DNA from: Selaginella moellendorffii
Lineage: Eukaryota > Plantae > Lycopodiophyta
Direction of reading: 5' to 3'
Assembly (NCBI RefSeq): GCF_000143415.4
Contig: NW_003314393.1
Span: 191,175-255,174, forward strand
Length of the DNA stretch: 64,000 nt
Part shown: piece after piece, positions 52,584-64,000 of the stretch
Numbering within the stretch: position 1 is the first letter of the stretch
How the letters are laid out: each line of letters starts with the position of its first letter
Position numbers and translations under genes: made by a program
The notes under the pieces: generated by a model
What the model was told of the DNA's origin: nothing
The model's input: the letters and a program-made list of their open reading frames with translations, nothing else
Databases searched by the model: none

Positions 52584-54110
52584 CTAAAAACACTTCTCAA
52601 GCTCCGCAACTGTAAGGCTTGCCTGGTGGATGTGATGGTCGATCTTAGGATCTTGGTTTAGTTCCTGCATAAAAATGTAATAGATGTGCTTGCAGGCTAA
52701 ATATACCTTTCCCCTGTTCTCCCGCTGTGTAAAATCTGGACAGGTACATGATGGATTTTTGCAGATTTTAACAGTGTAGCTCGTACCCTTTGATGACTCA
52801 GTCACAATAATAAACTCCTTAGCCATAGCACTGATGTAGTTTGTCTTTGTGATTGTGCACTTTAGCTCTTTTGCCAGCTTGATCTTCTCTTGTGCACCTT
52901 TTGAAATGGAAGACCTGTATTGTATAGCCTTCCCATTCCTAGCTGGTCGTATATGCCGGTCTAGTGTTGATATTGGTGGCATAGCAGTACTAACAGCAAC
53001 ATTTGAGGAAGTCTTTAGCTTGAAACCTGCTCTCTCCAGACTTTCAATCTCTTCTTTCAAAAGATTGCAGCTTCGCTCAACTGGCCACTCCTCTGGCACA
53101 GAATCTGGCTTCAAAATAATTGAGCTGTGGATCCGGCTTGTATGAGTAACATCAGTCCCACAACAGTAGATCCAGCTTGACTGGCGGCCCTTCACTCCTA
53201 GATCTCGACAGCCCCAGAAACATGGCACTGCTGAAGAACTTGAACCTGAGCGCACAAAAGCGAGACACTGACCTCGACTCCCAATCATTCCAGAGCAACG
53301 TGCATTGCTCTTGGCACTGACTCTTCGAATTGCCCAGTTGATACGAGAAACTGGCTCGCGAGAAATAACCTTTTCAACCTCTGGCACTGGACTTACTTGT
53401 GTAACAACTGGCACCTCCTCCACTCCATGTTCCTTAGTTCTTTTCCGGTGTCGTGGAACAAAATGATAGTCAAACTCTGGACGGTGAGAGCTAGAAGGAG
53501 TGATGTTTGACCCATCAAATGTCTGTCGACGCTTCATACGGGCTGTTCTCATGTCCCCAAGTGGCTCATAACTTGATTTCATAGGAGTTCCAGCAACAAC
53601 TTCCTCCACCATCTTGGACATTGACCCTGCTGCTGGTGTTGTCCTTCTACCAACCAGCTCTTGAAGCCTGTCTAAGTTCGGACCTGTACCAGCAAACCTT
53701 GCTTCCTGTGCAGCCAAAGCTTTTGATGATTGCTCAAGAGATCTAGTGAGGTCGGAGAGTGTAGCTTCATAGAGGGACACTTTTCCTTTCCCTGCTTCGG
53801 AAGCTCTCCAACTCCAATGTTTGCTCTCAGAGAGATTAATTGTTGGTGTAAGTGCAATATCATCAAGTGGTTGATCCTACAAAAAATGCAACATTTGAAT
53901 GTGACAAGAAAGAAAATGAGAGAAAGCTTACATGGAGAGTATAATGACCCCACTGAAACATTCGAACTTCCCACCATGCAAGCCAGCATTCCATTTGTGG
54001 AAGGTTTTCAATTGGCACTTTGTCTCCTTCACGCCACCATATGCGCATTTCATTTGCCTTTGCCTCGTGCTCCTCTTTAGTTGGTGCATCCATCCATTTC
54101 TGACAAAGCT
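52584..54110 (-). pseudogene. MULE transposase C-terminal half (catalytic E motif + SWIM); N-terminus deleted; intron 53877-53931
   Basis: TPTINLSESKH (TNNxxES-type) and SWIM CTCPDF...CKH. Homology with the 5144-7050 copy breaks at ~54110, before the FMAD region. Confidence 0.8.
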
Positions 54111-54320
54111 TTTCGCGAACCAACCTTTTCGAGCTTGAGTCTCTCTCACTCGTCACAAAAGAATGAAACTCTCTTGAAGGGAAGAGAGCATGGAGATAAG
54201 AGGGAGAACAAAAAATCAATGCTACAACTTTTGTGATTGATTGGCGCTTCTCACTCATAACCACATTCATTTCAACATTATTATTCCTCTCACAATCAAT
54301 TATACATATCTTAATATCTA

Positions 54321-54863
54321 NNNNNNNNNNNNNNNNNNNNNNNNNNNNNNNNNNNNNNNNNNNNNNNNNNNNNNNNNNNNNNNNNNNNNNNNNNNNNNNN
54401 NNNNNNNNNNNNNNNNNNNNNNNNNNNNNNNNNNNNNNNNNNNNNNNNNNNNNNNNNNNNNNNNNNNNNNNNNNNNNNNNNNNNNNNNNNNNNNNNNNNN
54501 NNNNNNNNNNNNNNNNNNNNNNNNNNNNNNNNNNNNNNNNNNNNNNNNNNNNNNNNNNNNNNNNNNNNNNNNNNNNNNNNNNNNNNNNNNNNNNNNNNNN
54601 NNNNNNNNNNNNNNNNNNNNNNNNNNNNNNNNNNNNNNNNNNNNNNNNNNNNNNNNNNNNNNNNNNNNNNNNNNNNNNNNNNNNNNNNNNNNNNNNNNNN
54701 NNNNNNNNNNNNNNNNNNNNNNNNNNNNNNNNNNNNNNNNNNNNNNNNNNNNNNNNNNNNNNNNNNNNNNNNNNNNNNNNNNNNNNNNNNNNNNNNNNNN
54801 NNNNNNNNNNNNNNNNNNNNNNNNNNNNNNNNNNNNNNNNNNNNNNNNNNNNNNNNNNNNNNN
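54321..54863. other. Assembly gap (N run)
   Basis: N bases. Confidence 1.
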
Positions 54864-55220
54864 ACAGAGAGAGATTGAAATGTCGGTTCTTGTGCGAACC
54901 GACATCTTCAAGGTTTTTTTTTTTTATTTCATTGACTTGATGGGGCATTTCATGTGAAAATTAGAGGGTGGAAGATGTCGGTTCTTGCGCGAACCGACCT
55001 CTCCCGTATTCTTGTTGTGTTTTTCCTTTTTCTTGAGAGGTAGGGTGAGGTCAGTTCTCGCGCGAACCAACCTCTCCCAGTGACTTATGTTTTTTTCCTT
55101 TGTATTTCTTGTAGTTTACAATCTATTTTTCACATCTTTTACTTACAAACTTTTCTTGTGAGAGCAGATATAAATCAAGCTTGACTGCTTGAAACTTCCA
55201 AAAAGGGACTTGAACTTCAA

Positions 55221-58200
55221 ATGCCACAGGTTTGCTTTACATTACAAGTTAGATGTTTTAATAGTTTTGCTTTTTATTTTAGAGGAAGCGCCGAGGCCAA
55301 CCTCAATGGTCTCGATCTCCAGGAAAAGGCAGCCGCCTTGATCGCTGTGGGCTTGGCCGATTGAGTGGAGATTCATCTCAAGTATCTAATGAAGTTTCGG
55401 CTAGTCATGCTGGAGGCAACGATGAGTATAACAATGACGTGGATGTTGAGATGAACACTCAAATCAATGTTGGTGTTATTGAGGCTGTTGGTACTGGTGT
55501 TCCTGAGGCTGCGGGTACTGGTGGTGGGGTACTTGCATCTGATGTTGGTGGTGGTGGGGGTGCTATGCCTTCGGTTGCTGAGGCTGCTCGCGGCCAGGTC
55601 AATGAACCAGTTGAGGACGTTATTGGTAGCGTTGTAGGTGGATCTACTACAGAGGCTACTGGGGGCATGGTAGCTGCTCCTACTGCTCCTCAGGCTGGTG
55701 GTGCAGGGGGAGTTAATGGTGGTGAGGGATTATGCATGCATGATTCTGACACCATCTTGAATGATCGTGTTCGGGACACAATTATCCAAGCTCAAGAACG
55801 GACAGTCAGTAAAGTGTTACAGGAAATGGCGTGGAATGGCCCTCATCGATTTCTAGTTCCTTTGTGCCGATTGGTTCAAAGCCATTGGGTGCGCTCAGCT
55901 TACGACCTCAACATGGCTATCTACAGCTCCTTTGCCGAGGTCGGGTTTGGGAGCACAACTGGTACCTTCATCGTTTCACCAACTTTCCCTGGAACCGGCC
56001 GGACAGAGTCAGTGACTACTGAACTTGAGGAAAAATGGGATCCTATATGGCTGCGAAAGTCTCGTGAGTTTGATGGATTCTTAGGACAACATGTGGAGAC
56101 AGCAGGGTTCATTGGAAAGCTCTTTTGGGTGATCGATGGAAACCATAGGTGGCTGGCATTTTGGAAGTGCATTCAAGAGAAGTTCCGAGATGACGAAGAA
56201 CGACACATTAGTGTTCCAGTCACACTTGTTGAACCAATGACTCGGGAGCACACTGTGAAGCTCAACATGGCATGCCATAAGATCAACATGTAAGAATTTA
56301 TTTTTTGTAAACTTAGCTAATATCGTGTTTCTGCAGGCTAAACCAATTTGCGTTTCAAGCTCATACATTGGTACATGACATTGAGCACCTTCGGTTTATG
56401 GGCATGCTCTCGCTAGAGGAGGTCCAAACGTTGTACAATCGTGAGGTATTTGAAGCAATTCGAGTGAAGCTAGCAGCTAGGAAAGGCCAAGAATTGCAGA
56501 CTTGGTACCAACTGCCACTTGATTTTCTAGTTGCTGTCTGGGCGAAGGTAAATTATTATTGAAGTATGTATCAACTTACATAATGTTTCTTGCAGCCCAT
56601 AATCAAAGGAGAAAGAGCGTCATTCTTTAAAAATGCCCGAGGGGACGAGCAGCAGAAGGAGATGGAGTGGCATGCGATTGAGCAGCAAATTTTGAATACG
56701 AAGAGAACAAAGGTGAAAAAGTTGCTCTCGATTGCAGACATACGACGCGGGCAGGAATGGCTTGATAGCATTGCCGAGATTTGTTCTCACGTTCGTAAGT
56801 TCTTATAAAATTTGTGAAACATTTCATAACTCTTTGTGTGTGTAGGAACTGGTAAAGCACCGGAGGAACTCATTTACAACATCTCTAAGAGTAAAATGTC
56901 CTTTGCTGAACAAAGTGTCTGCTTGGAACTTCTCAACACTTGGCTGCGAAATAATGAAAAACGCTGCGAGATAAGGATGGAGAAGGTGATGAAGGAGAAG
57001 GCGTACATTTCTCAGAGTATTGCCGCTGGTGAGGAGATGCTACAAGTCTGGGATGAGAAGTTTCTTTCCAGCACCCGCACAGGTATCACTCTCAAAGAAT
57101 ATATTCGTGCTTGTCTTGCGGAGCTAGGGAATGGTTGGCTTCCACGTGGTGGGACGAGTTCGGCTGAGTTCAAGAACCAACCAGGACAACCATTTCTTGC
57201 GAGGCGCATGGTTTACAGGTATTTTTTCAATTCTCATTTATATATTGGTATTTATATTTTTGTTTTACTTTGTAGATATTTAAAATATAGCCCCGGCGCA
57301 CCGGTATACACAACCGGTGTTTTGCAGAAGCTCCTGACTAGAGGCAAGAAGCTTGGGATGTATGAGCCAGAGTTCTACTGTCCTTGTACACATGAGAGGG
57401 AGCTATGCCCGTGGTACCTTGAACTCGTGGAGCAGATGCCAACATCGGACTTCGAGCTAGATCTCTACCTTGAATGTCATCCAGGTTCACTTGAAACTCA
57501 GCACTTAGCTAGGAAATATTAACCTTGAGTTATATTTTTATTTTCCAGAGGCTCTTTCTGACTGTGATAACGACATTATTGAAGTTCAACAACTAAACCT
57601 AGAAGTCAGCACTCAGGAAACCATTCAGGAGATGGCAAATCCAAATACCGTTGAACCAGAGGAAATTGTACAGGAAATTCCAGCACAAGAGATTCCAGTA
57701 CCTGCTCCTCGCAACCCCCGAAGGGGCCGTCATGAAACCTTTCATGAGAGTAAGGACTTTGATTTGGAACATTCTTTTATTCATTCTTGACTTCACTTTT
57801 TTTTTTATAGATGTTGCAGAGAGCAGCCATCAGTCTTTTCGGCGGACTAAGACATTCTTCCCATCCCTCCCTACGGCTACAGATGACGACTTAGAAGAGC
57901 TCTCCTCTGCAGCGATGCATAAACAGGTTAGTAAGCATGAATTTTATCTTCAACTTTTAGTTCTAATAATTGATTTTCAGGTTCGCCCTCTATCCCCAAT
58001 GGCCAGTGTTGGGGAAGTTGCTATTCTCATTGGGGATTACACACAGCTTTTAGATGCTACTAGTCGGGAGCTCTACATGCTTGATCGGTGGATCCATGGT
58101 TTGGGTCAGCTCACACCTTATGGGAAGATCGATTTCATCTTTTTTGATCTTCCCGGGATGGCACCACCGCAGGGGGATACTCCGTCATGGAATGTGTTGC

Positions 58201-59075
58201 AGGCCCAACACATTTCCCAAGCCTTAAAGGTTGCGAGCAGCTTCATGACATACGAGGGTGTGGTTGTCATGATCCTTCCTCGCTCTCTAATGTGGGAAGG
58301 CCTTCTCGCACACTTGGCTGACAACGATGATGGATTTGTTGAGTTTTCATCTGGCTACCTTCTTTCGAGTATGGCGGTAGACACAAAAGGCACTAGCAGG
58401 TAGACGCGAAAGGTGTGTGACTTCTTTATTTATAAATTAACTCTATTCTATTTTTTTTTCCAGATTTATTCCTGGAACTACCATGCTCTATGCCACATTG
58501 GGAACCGGCGTAATGCCACACGAGCTGACGAGCGTGCTGCTCTTGCTTTACCAGGATATGACAGCTCTACAGACATCATCCCAAATGTGATTGACTCGGA
58601 CGTTCTTCACCCAGCGTTCCCTGGTTATCGACATCGTTCGGTCACGGCCATGCAAATCTTGTTGGAGTTATTTTGTCCGCCAAAGGGGATTGTGCTTGAT
58701 GCTACAGCAGGATTTGGATCAATGGTGCAGGCAGCAAAAGAGACAGGCCGAGCGGTTTTTGCACTTGAGAAGGAGGGTGCCTTTGAGGACATTCTTAGGA
58801 GATTTTGCGACAGGTGATGTTAGTGCTTGAAATAATCTATAATATTTATTCTCAAATGTTTCTATTTTATTAGGTCTAAACTTATCACACACAGTGTTTC
58901 AGTCCACACGCTTGATCTTGATGATATGGATGATCATATGGACCAAAGTCAATTCCACTTACCTATTTATGCTGAACGTATGGCACAACATTACATACAA
59001 CACGAGCCTATAGTGAAGGAGCATTCCACTATACCCATTTCTACTTTTCTGGATATGGAAGCAAAAGAAGATTGA
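55221..59075 (+). pseudogene. 11-exon ParB/Srx-domain + beta-class N6A/N4C DNA methyltransferase-like gene; one in-frame TAG at 58401-58403
   Basis: Introns 55230-55282, 56290-56336, 56548-56595, 56795-56845, 57219-57275, 57485-57548, 57750-57810, 57927-57980, 58413-58463 and 58814-58873 keep one frame. WVIDGNHRWLAF (ParB); IGDY, IDFIFFDLPG and HPAF...LLELFCPPKGIVLDATAGFGSMVQAAKETGRAVFALE (beta MTase order). Confidence 0.85.
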
Positions 59076-62000
59076 ATATATTCTGATTTTAATATAAATT
59101 ATATTGTTTAATATATTATTTTCTTTTTTTGTAGACTAAAAGATTAGTTCATGTCGAACCAATAATCTACATGAGCTTATGGAATACCTTAAACACCTAG
59201 ATTTTATATTAAAAATTCTTGGTTCGGGACGAACTAAGGTAGTGCCATTAAACTTTCGCTAGTTAGAGGATTGTATTGACTTCCTTTGACTTTCATTGAC
59301 TTTCATTGACTTGAGCTCAGCTCAAAAACTACCCAGCCCGCTCAGCCAGCTGAGCCTTTCCCAGAACTAGGACAAGGTGGTTTTGTACCTAAGAAGACCA
59401 TTTGGTTGAGACCACCATTGCTATGCCACCTCTTGATCTGGCCACCACTTGCATGGCCGGGTTCCACCAGAGCCATCCCCTCATGCCAAAGGTGTAGTTT
59501 GGGGCCTCGGTTATTTTGTGCTCTTGCAGACACAAGATGTTGAGACCTCCTTCTAAGCTGATCTCACGGATGTGGAACTTGAGCTGCACCCTTTTGTTGA
59601 GTCGACTGCTGGTCCAGCTAAGTCCTTGACAGTTCCAAGTGACGATCATGAGTGTTGTCATGGAGCCATGTACTTCCAGGAAAGTGAGGTGTTGTAGGAT
59701 CTGCCCTCCACTCTGTAGAGATGGTCCACACCGCAGTCATCTTCCCCCTGTGCTTTGTCCAGAAGAAGCCTCAGATACTGTATTTCGCAAAGCTAGTCCA
59801 CTCAGTCATGGCACTCTCCATGTGTGTCTGGTAGTCACCAATGGTGATGACCTCTGGGAAGGCTGTGTTCCCGTGGTACATCAGCCAGTCTTCTGCCTCT
59901 GTGGGACTTAATTCCGGCTTAGGTGGAATCCACCTGATTGCCATTCCTACTATTTGAGGGAGGACTGGCTGGAAGCCATCCCCTTCAACGTCCGTAAGAG
60001 GTCCCTCGAACAGTTTGGGCTGTGAGGACGAGCCCAAAAGTGGTGGGGCAACCAGGAAGCGAATGTGGGGAGCTTGGGCTGGAGAACACGCCTTCAAGAT
60101 CTTCTCCTGCTCTGCAGGTAACTCAAATGGCTTTTGGGAGGCCAGCCTGTTCTGCTTGACTGAGCAGGCCTCCTCCCAGTGTCCAGCACACTGACAAAAG
60201 TTGTATTGAGGTTTTGAGTTCTCTGTTTGGATCCAAATATACTGACCTAGCACTGCGATCTCTATCAGGATTTCAGTTGGGGTTGACATGAAAACTTTGA
60301 GGTGGATGGGACCAAGAACACCCTCTGCTTCTACAGTTTCGAGACCGGCAGCTATCTGGCCAATACTTCCTTCAACCCGCTCCTAGATCACCATTGTGAT
60401 CCGCATTTCCATGGGAACATCCCACAATGCGATGTTCACTGGAAAGCTCCCACCCTTGAGACATGCCTGATCCTCTGCTGTGAACCTCGGGATCCATGGG
60501 TGGAATGACACCACCCAATTCTCATCAAAGGCCATGCATGGCCTCTGCCTGAGACCGTGCCTCCTTTGTCTCAAAGACGACTGTGTAGCAGCCCTACCCG
60601 TGTGGCAGCATCTTCTTCACGAGGATTCCCTATCCCAACGTTGCATTGATCCAGTCGTTGGCCATGTGACTTGTTGGGAACTTCCCCCTGAAAACAGCAA
60701 TCAGTGCCTTCTTATGGAGTTCCTCTTCTTTCTTTGCTATTGCTCTTTGCATAGTCTCGGCCAGCTTAATAGGGACAGCCTTTCCTCTCCTGTTGTCGTG
60801 GACCAAGTCTCTTCCACCCTCTGCTGCTGCTGCCACCTTGTACACTTCAGCAGGACCAGGTGTTTCCCCATTCATGTTGTGGGAGGCGTTCTTCTTATTA
60901 ACATCACTGTTCTCGTCCAAGGAGTGCAGTGCTTCTACCACCTTTTTGCAGCCTGATTCTTCTCCACTCTTGACTGGGTCTTTGCCACTCGCTTAGGTGT
61001 GTTGGCCTCCTGGTGCTGGTTCACCTGTATCTCCATTCTCTTATCAGTGGGGGTGTGCTCCTCCTCAAGAAAGGCTTCAACTGTGTTTGTCTAGGATGGG
61101 CCCTCCTTGGCAAGTCTCAGAGTTTTAAGTTTTTGCCACGTTGCTTGCTTCACTTTCTTCTTCTCACATTTGGTCTTCCTCTTGTTGAAGGCATCATGAT
61201 CCTGGAACTGAAGTGAGCCATCTGACTATTCATCTAGTGAGCGCTTCGCCTCTGGCTCTGTTTCTGGCTCTCCAAGTCCCGTATCAACTGTTGGTATTGG
61301 CGTAACATCCACCTTGCCACCTTGATCTTGCGCCCATGCATCAAAGAGATCTGCTTGCTGTGTGGCCACGGCCTTCGTGATTAATTTCTGAGCTTTGCGC
61401 AGTGTAGGTCCCAACATGAGGTCCTCTCCCAATGGATTCAGATCCAGCTCTCTGATCATGCACATCAGAGTGGACTAGAGTTCTTTGTGTATTGGAAGCG
61501 GAGAACTTTGGATCTTTTCCTCAAAGTGGCGAGGGTCCCAGACCAACATCTCTGCCTCATCGAGTCTCGGAAGTGGAGAGGGGAGCAACACCTTCTACCT
61601 CTCATGAGGTGCTGTGGGAGAGTCCAGGTCTGATTTCCTCACTTGTTGCAAGTGCGAAGGGTCCACCTGGTGTGCTTCCTCCTGCACTCTTGCATGTACT
61701 AGATCAGGGATGAGCCCAGCCTCATCTCCAGGAATCTCTGGGTGGTACGAGGGGTTCTCGCCAGCTGGGCATGAGCTTGACGATTCCTCTGAGCAGGGAG
61801 TGTGCCTGCTACCCAGCCCTTCAAGTCTGGAGGTTCTATGATAGAAGTCCAAGAGCTGCTCGACGTGCATCCCACAGTGAATGTTCTCCATGTCTTCCAT
61901 GTCATTCAGTAGGTGAGTTAGCTGCGAGACTTCCTGTTGGATTCGTTGTGTCGACTCATGATGCACATGTTTCGTGAACCTCTCACTATTCTAAAAGAAT

Positions 62001-63239
62001 ATACCACTGCCTGCAAGCTTTGGCAAGAACAAGTGTAGACAGTCTGTGCTATCTCCAACCTGTCTCGAGTTAGTGTGGAGCCTCGCCACTGGGGGCTGTG
62101 AGCTGGATCGGGGCCTCACACTTGAGGAATGAGCTGGTGAAGATGGAAGTGAAGCTCTAGGCTTGGTCGTCAGCTCCGACAAGCATCTATGGGCAAACTT
62201 CAGTGTCTGGAGTGGCTGTTCCTTGTTCAGCCTTGGGGCCACAGCTGAACGGTTTGTTTCCCTGGAGAACTCCTGGCTTGGTTGTGTCTTTGAGTGACAG
62301 ATTGTGAACTCATCTTCTAGTGAGGCCTCCATGTTGATTCTGCAGGACAGAAGTGCATCCACACTAGGGCCTTGTTCCTCTCTATTTTTGGTCGTTCTGG
62401 GTGGGGCAAACTTGAGTTCTCCTGTCCCACACCCTAGCTCTGCTGCTGTTGCACTTGCTGCTGCTCTGCTAGTGACTCCTGACCTGACCCTGGTGCGCTG
62501 CTCTTGCACTTCTATGAGACATTCATCCCTATGAACCCCCTCAGCTGCAAAAGTGCTTGGGATGATTCCCCGCAAGCCTTTTTGACTTGTGACTGGCTTG
62601 AGACTCTCACGAAGCTCCTGCACTCCAGCCAGTGACCATGCAAGTGGGTGAGGGGAGGTAGCTTCGTCCTCTTCTCCACTCTTAGTGGACACTTCGCCTC
62701 TGGCATGGCTTACACTTCCGACTTTTTCCAGGACCTGGCCATCTCCCAACCTAGAAACATCCACCACTTCTATCTCATGGTTCTCATCCTGTTGGGCTGC
62801 TGCTTTTCGTGGTTCACTTGCTGCCTTTTGCAGCAGTGTTCTGGCCATTGATACAGAGGGCCCTTTCCTGTCCTGGCTTGCTGCTGTGTGTGCTCCAAGA
62901 CCTCGACCTTGTAACAGTCTTCCTCATGGGAGCTGAATGCTGAGGCCCCTACCTCACACTCCATGACCTTGGGAGCTATGATTGATGGGCGTGGATGCTG
63001 TGACTCCCTTGCTGACACAAGAGTGAGTACACAGCACCAGCAAAAAAAGGGGAATGATGCTTCTACGGCAGATGCCCCCGCTGACGGTAGCAAGTGTGGG
63101 GAGATTGCACGCTCTCCCCTAAGCTCTCTTCTACCTCTGGCTGCGCCTCCGATCACGGAAGCCATGGTATGGGTGCCTTCCACCACTGCCTCCCCAAAAA
63201 TCGTCCAACATTAGGGTTCACCGCCAGATATGTGCTGCA

Positions 63240-64000
63240 ATTCAGCAAGATTGCTGAACGTGTATGTACATTCCCCATGTCCCAATGGGACTAATACAAA
63301 AACTGGGCATGCCGCCCTCTCAATGAGCTACTCTACATGATCCTCATATGTCACAGCTGGACCTAGTCCTGGAGTAGAAGTGGACGTGGTCGTCTCAAGC
63401 ATATCATGTCAATGTCCAAGTCTCCTCCACGAGCTGACCTTAGAACAAAGTCCGGGGGGCGCCACTGCCAACGAATCTCACCACCTCTCAATCTGCTGAA
63501 GCATGGGAGCCACCTGGATCTCCACTCCTCGAGCTGCCTCAGTTTCACCCGCTCTTTGAGGATGGTGTAGTGAAGATGCACCGCTGCAAGAGTGAGTCTC
63601 CACCATGCTGCCACCACTGCTGATATTCTCGCTTGTTGCCCATCAAAGCGACAATGGTTCCGTGCCTCCCAGAGTGCCTGCACTCCTGTTGCCCTCCAAA
63701 TGGACCAGCGCTCATGGCCCGTTGCCCCCAGATGGACATCCCAACTTCAGCCCCTGTCACGTCCCACCGGACTCACATGTTCCATCCATGTCGTCCGTAG
63801 CAGCGAATACGTCTCCAAGCTGGATCAATGGCTGGACCTCTAGCTCCCTCAAACCAGTGGAGGATATCCCCACACCGAGCCTCAAACCCTAGAATGTCTC
63901 TGAGTTCCTACGTCACCTTGCAATCCAGCAAGATTGCAGCACCACTTTATGCAATCCACATTTTCCGTGTGCCGTTGTCGAGACGGCGAGATTGAGAGCA
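63240..64000 (-). mobile_element. 3' end of another L1-type LINE ORF2 (zf-RVT / C-terminal region)
   Basis: ALWEARNHCRFDG (WxxRNxxxF motif); stop at 63363 followed by a short 3' UTR. Confidence 0.7.

Larger units (their letters stand above)
52396..59339. mobile_element. Mutator-like element with 9-10 bp TSD (G)CTCAGCCAG and a ParB-methyltransferase cargo gene
   Basis: TSD at 52386-52395 and 59340-59349. Short TIRs GAGCCCGGGTAGGTTTTGAGCT vs reverse complement GGGCTGGGTAGTTTTTGAGCT. Removal restores the LINE endonuclease frame. Confidence 0.92.
50267..63230 (-). mobile_element. Decayed L1-type LINE (ORF1 ~59770-63190; ORF2 59661 down to 50267), split by a MULE insertion
   Basis: APE endonuclease MIVTWNCQGL, ILCLQEH, WLVLGDLN and FSDHDP. 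RT VRQVCPLAPYLF and FADD. ORF1 has a DUF4283-like segment and a CCHC-like motif. Many stops. Confidence 0.85.

Noticed and set aside
53863-54957. Long ORFs spanning the N gap
   Set aside because: Artefacts of translating Ns.
58400-58463. Alternative donor AG|GTAGAC that would skip the TAG in the MTase gene
   Set aside because: Splicing to the 58463 acceptor shifts the frame and loses MTase motif I; the in-frame donor is at 58413, after the stop.

Overview
Repeat-dense plant genomic DNA. The 45-60 nt GT-AG introns, chromoviruses and LRR-RLP point to a lycophyte- or bryophyte-like compact genome such as Selaginella (inferred). There are two assembly gaps. Host genes: one intact TMEM45/DUF716-like gene and an inverted pair of LRR receptor-like pseudogenes. 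The rest is nested transposons: solo LTRs, a non-coding LARD-like LTR element, decayed Ty3/gypsy pieces and an L1-type LINE. Three elements stand out. (1) A TSD-flanked Mutator-like element (52396-59339) carries an 11-exon ParB/Srx + beta-class N6A/N4C DNA-methyltransferase gene and its own spaced palindrome (GGTTC-N5/6-GAACC). (2) A 12.2 kb TIR-bounded Sola-like element (36267-48418) carries a spliced methyltransferase-like/FCP1-phosphatase fusion gene and about 26 copies of a private palindrome (TGGCRTG-N6-CAYGCCA), including inside its mini-introns. (3) A young chromovirus (27459-34993) has an integrase interrupted by spliceosomal mini-introns and a candidate gag/pol splice switch. Together, (1) and (2) suggest a transposon self-recognition or self-marking system, which is an inference.
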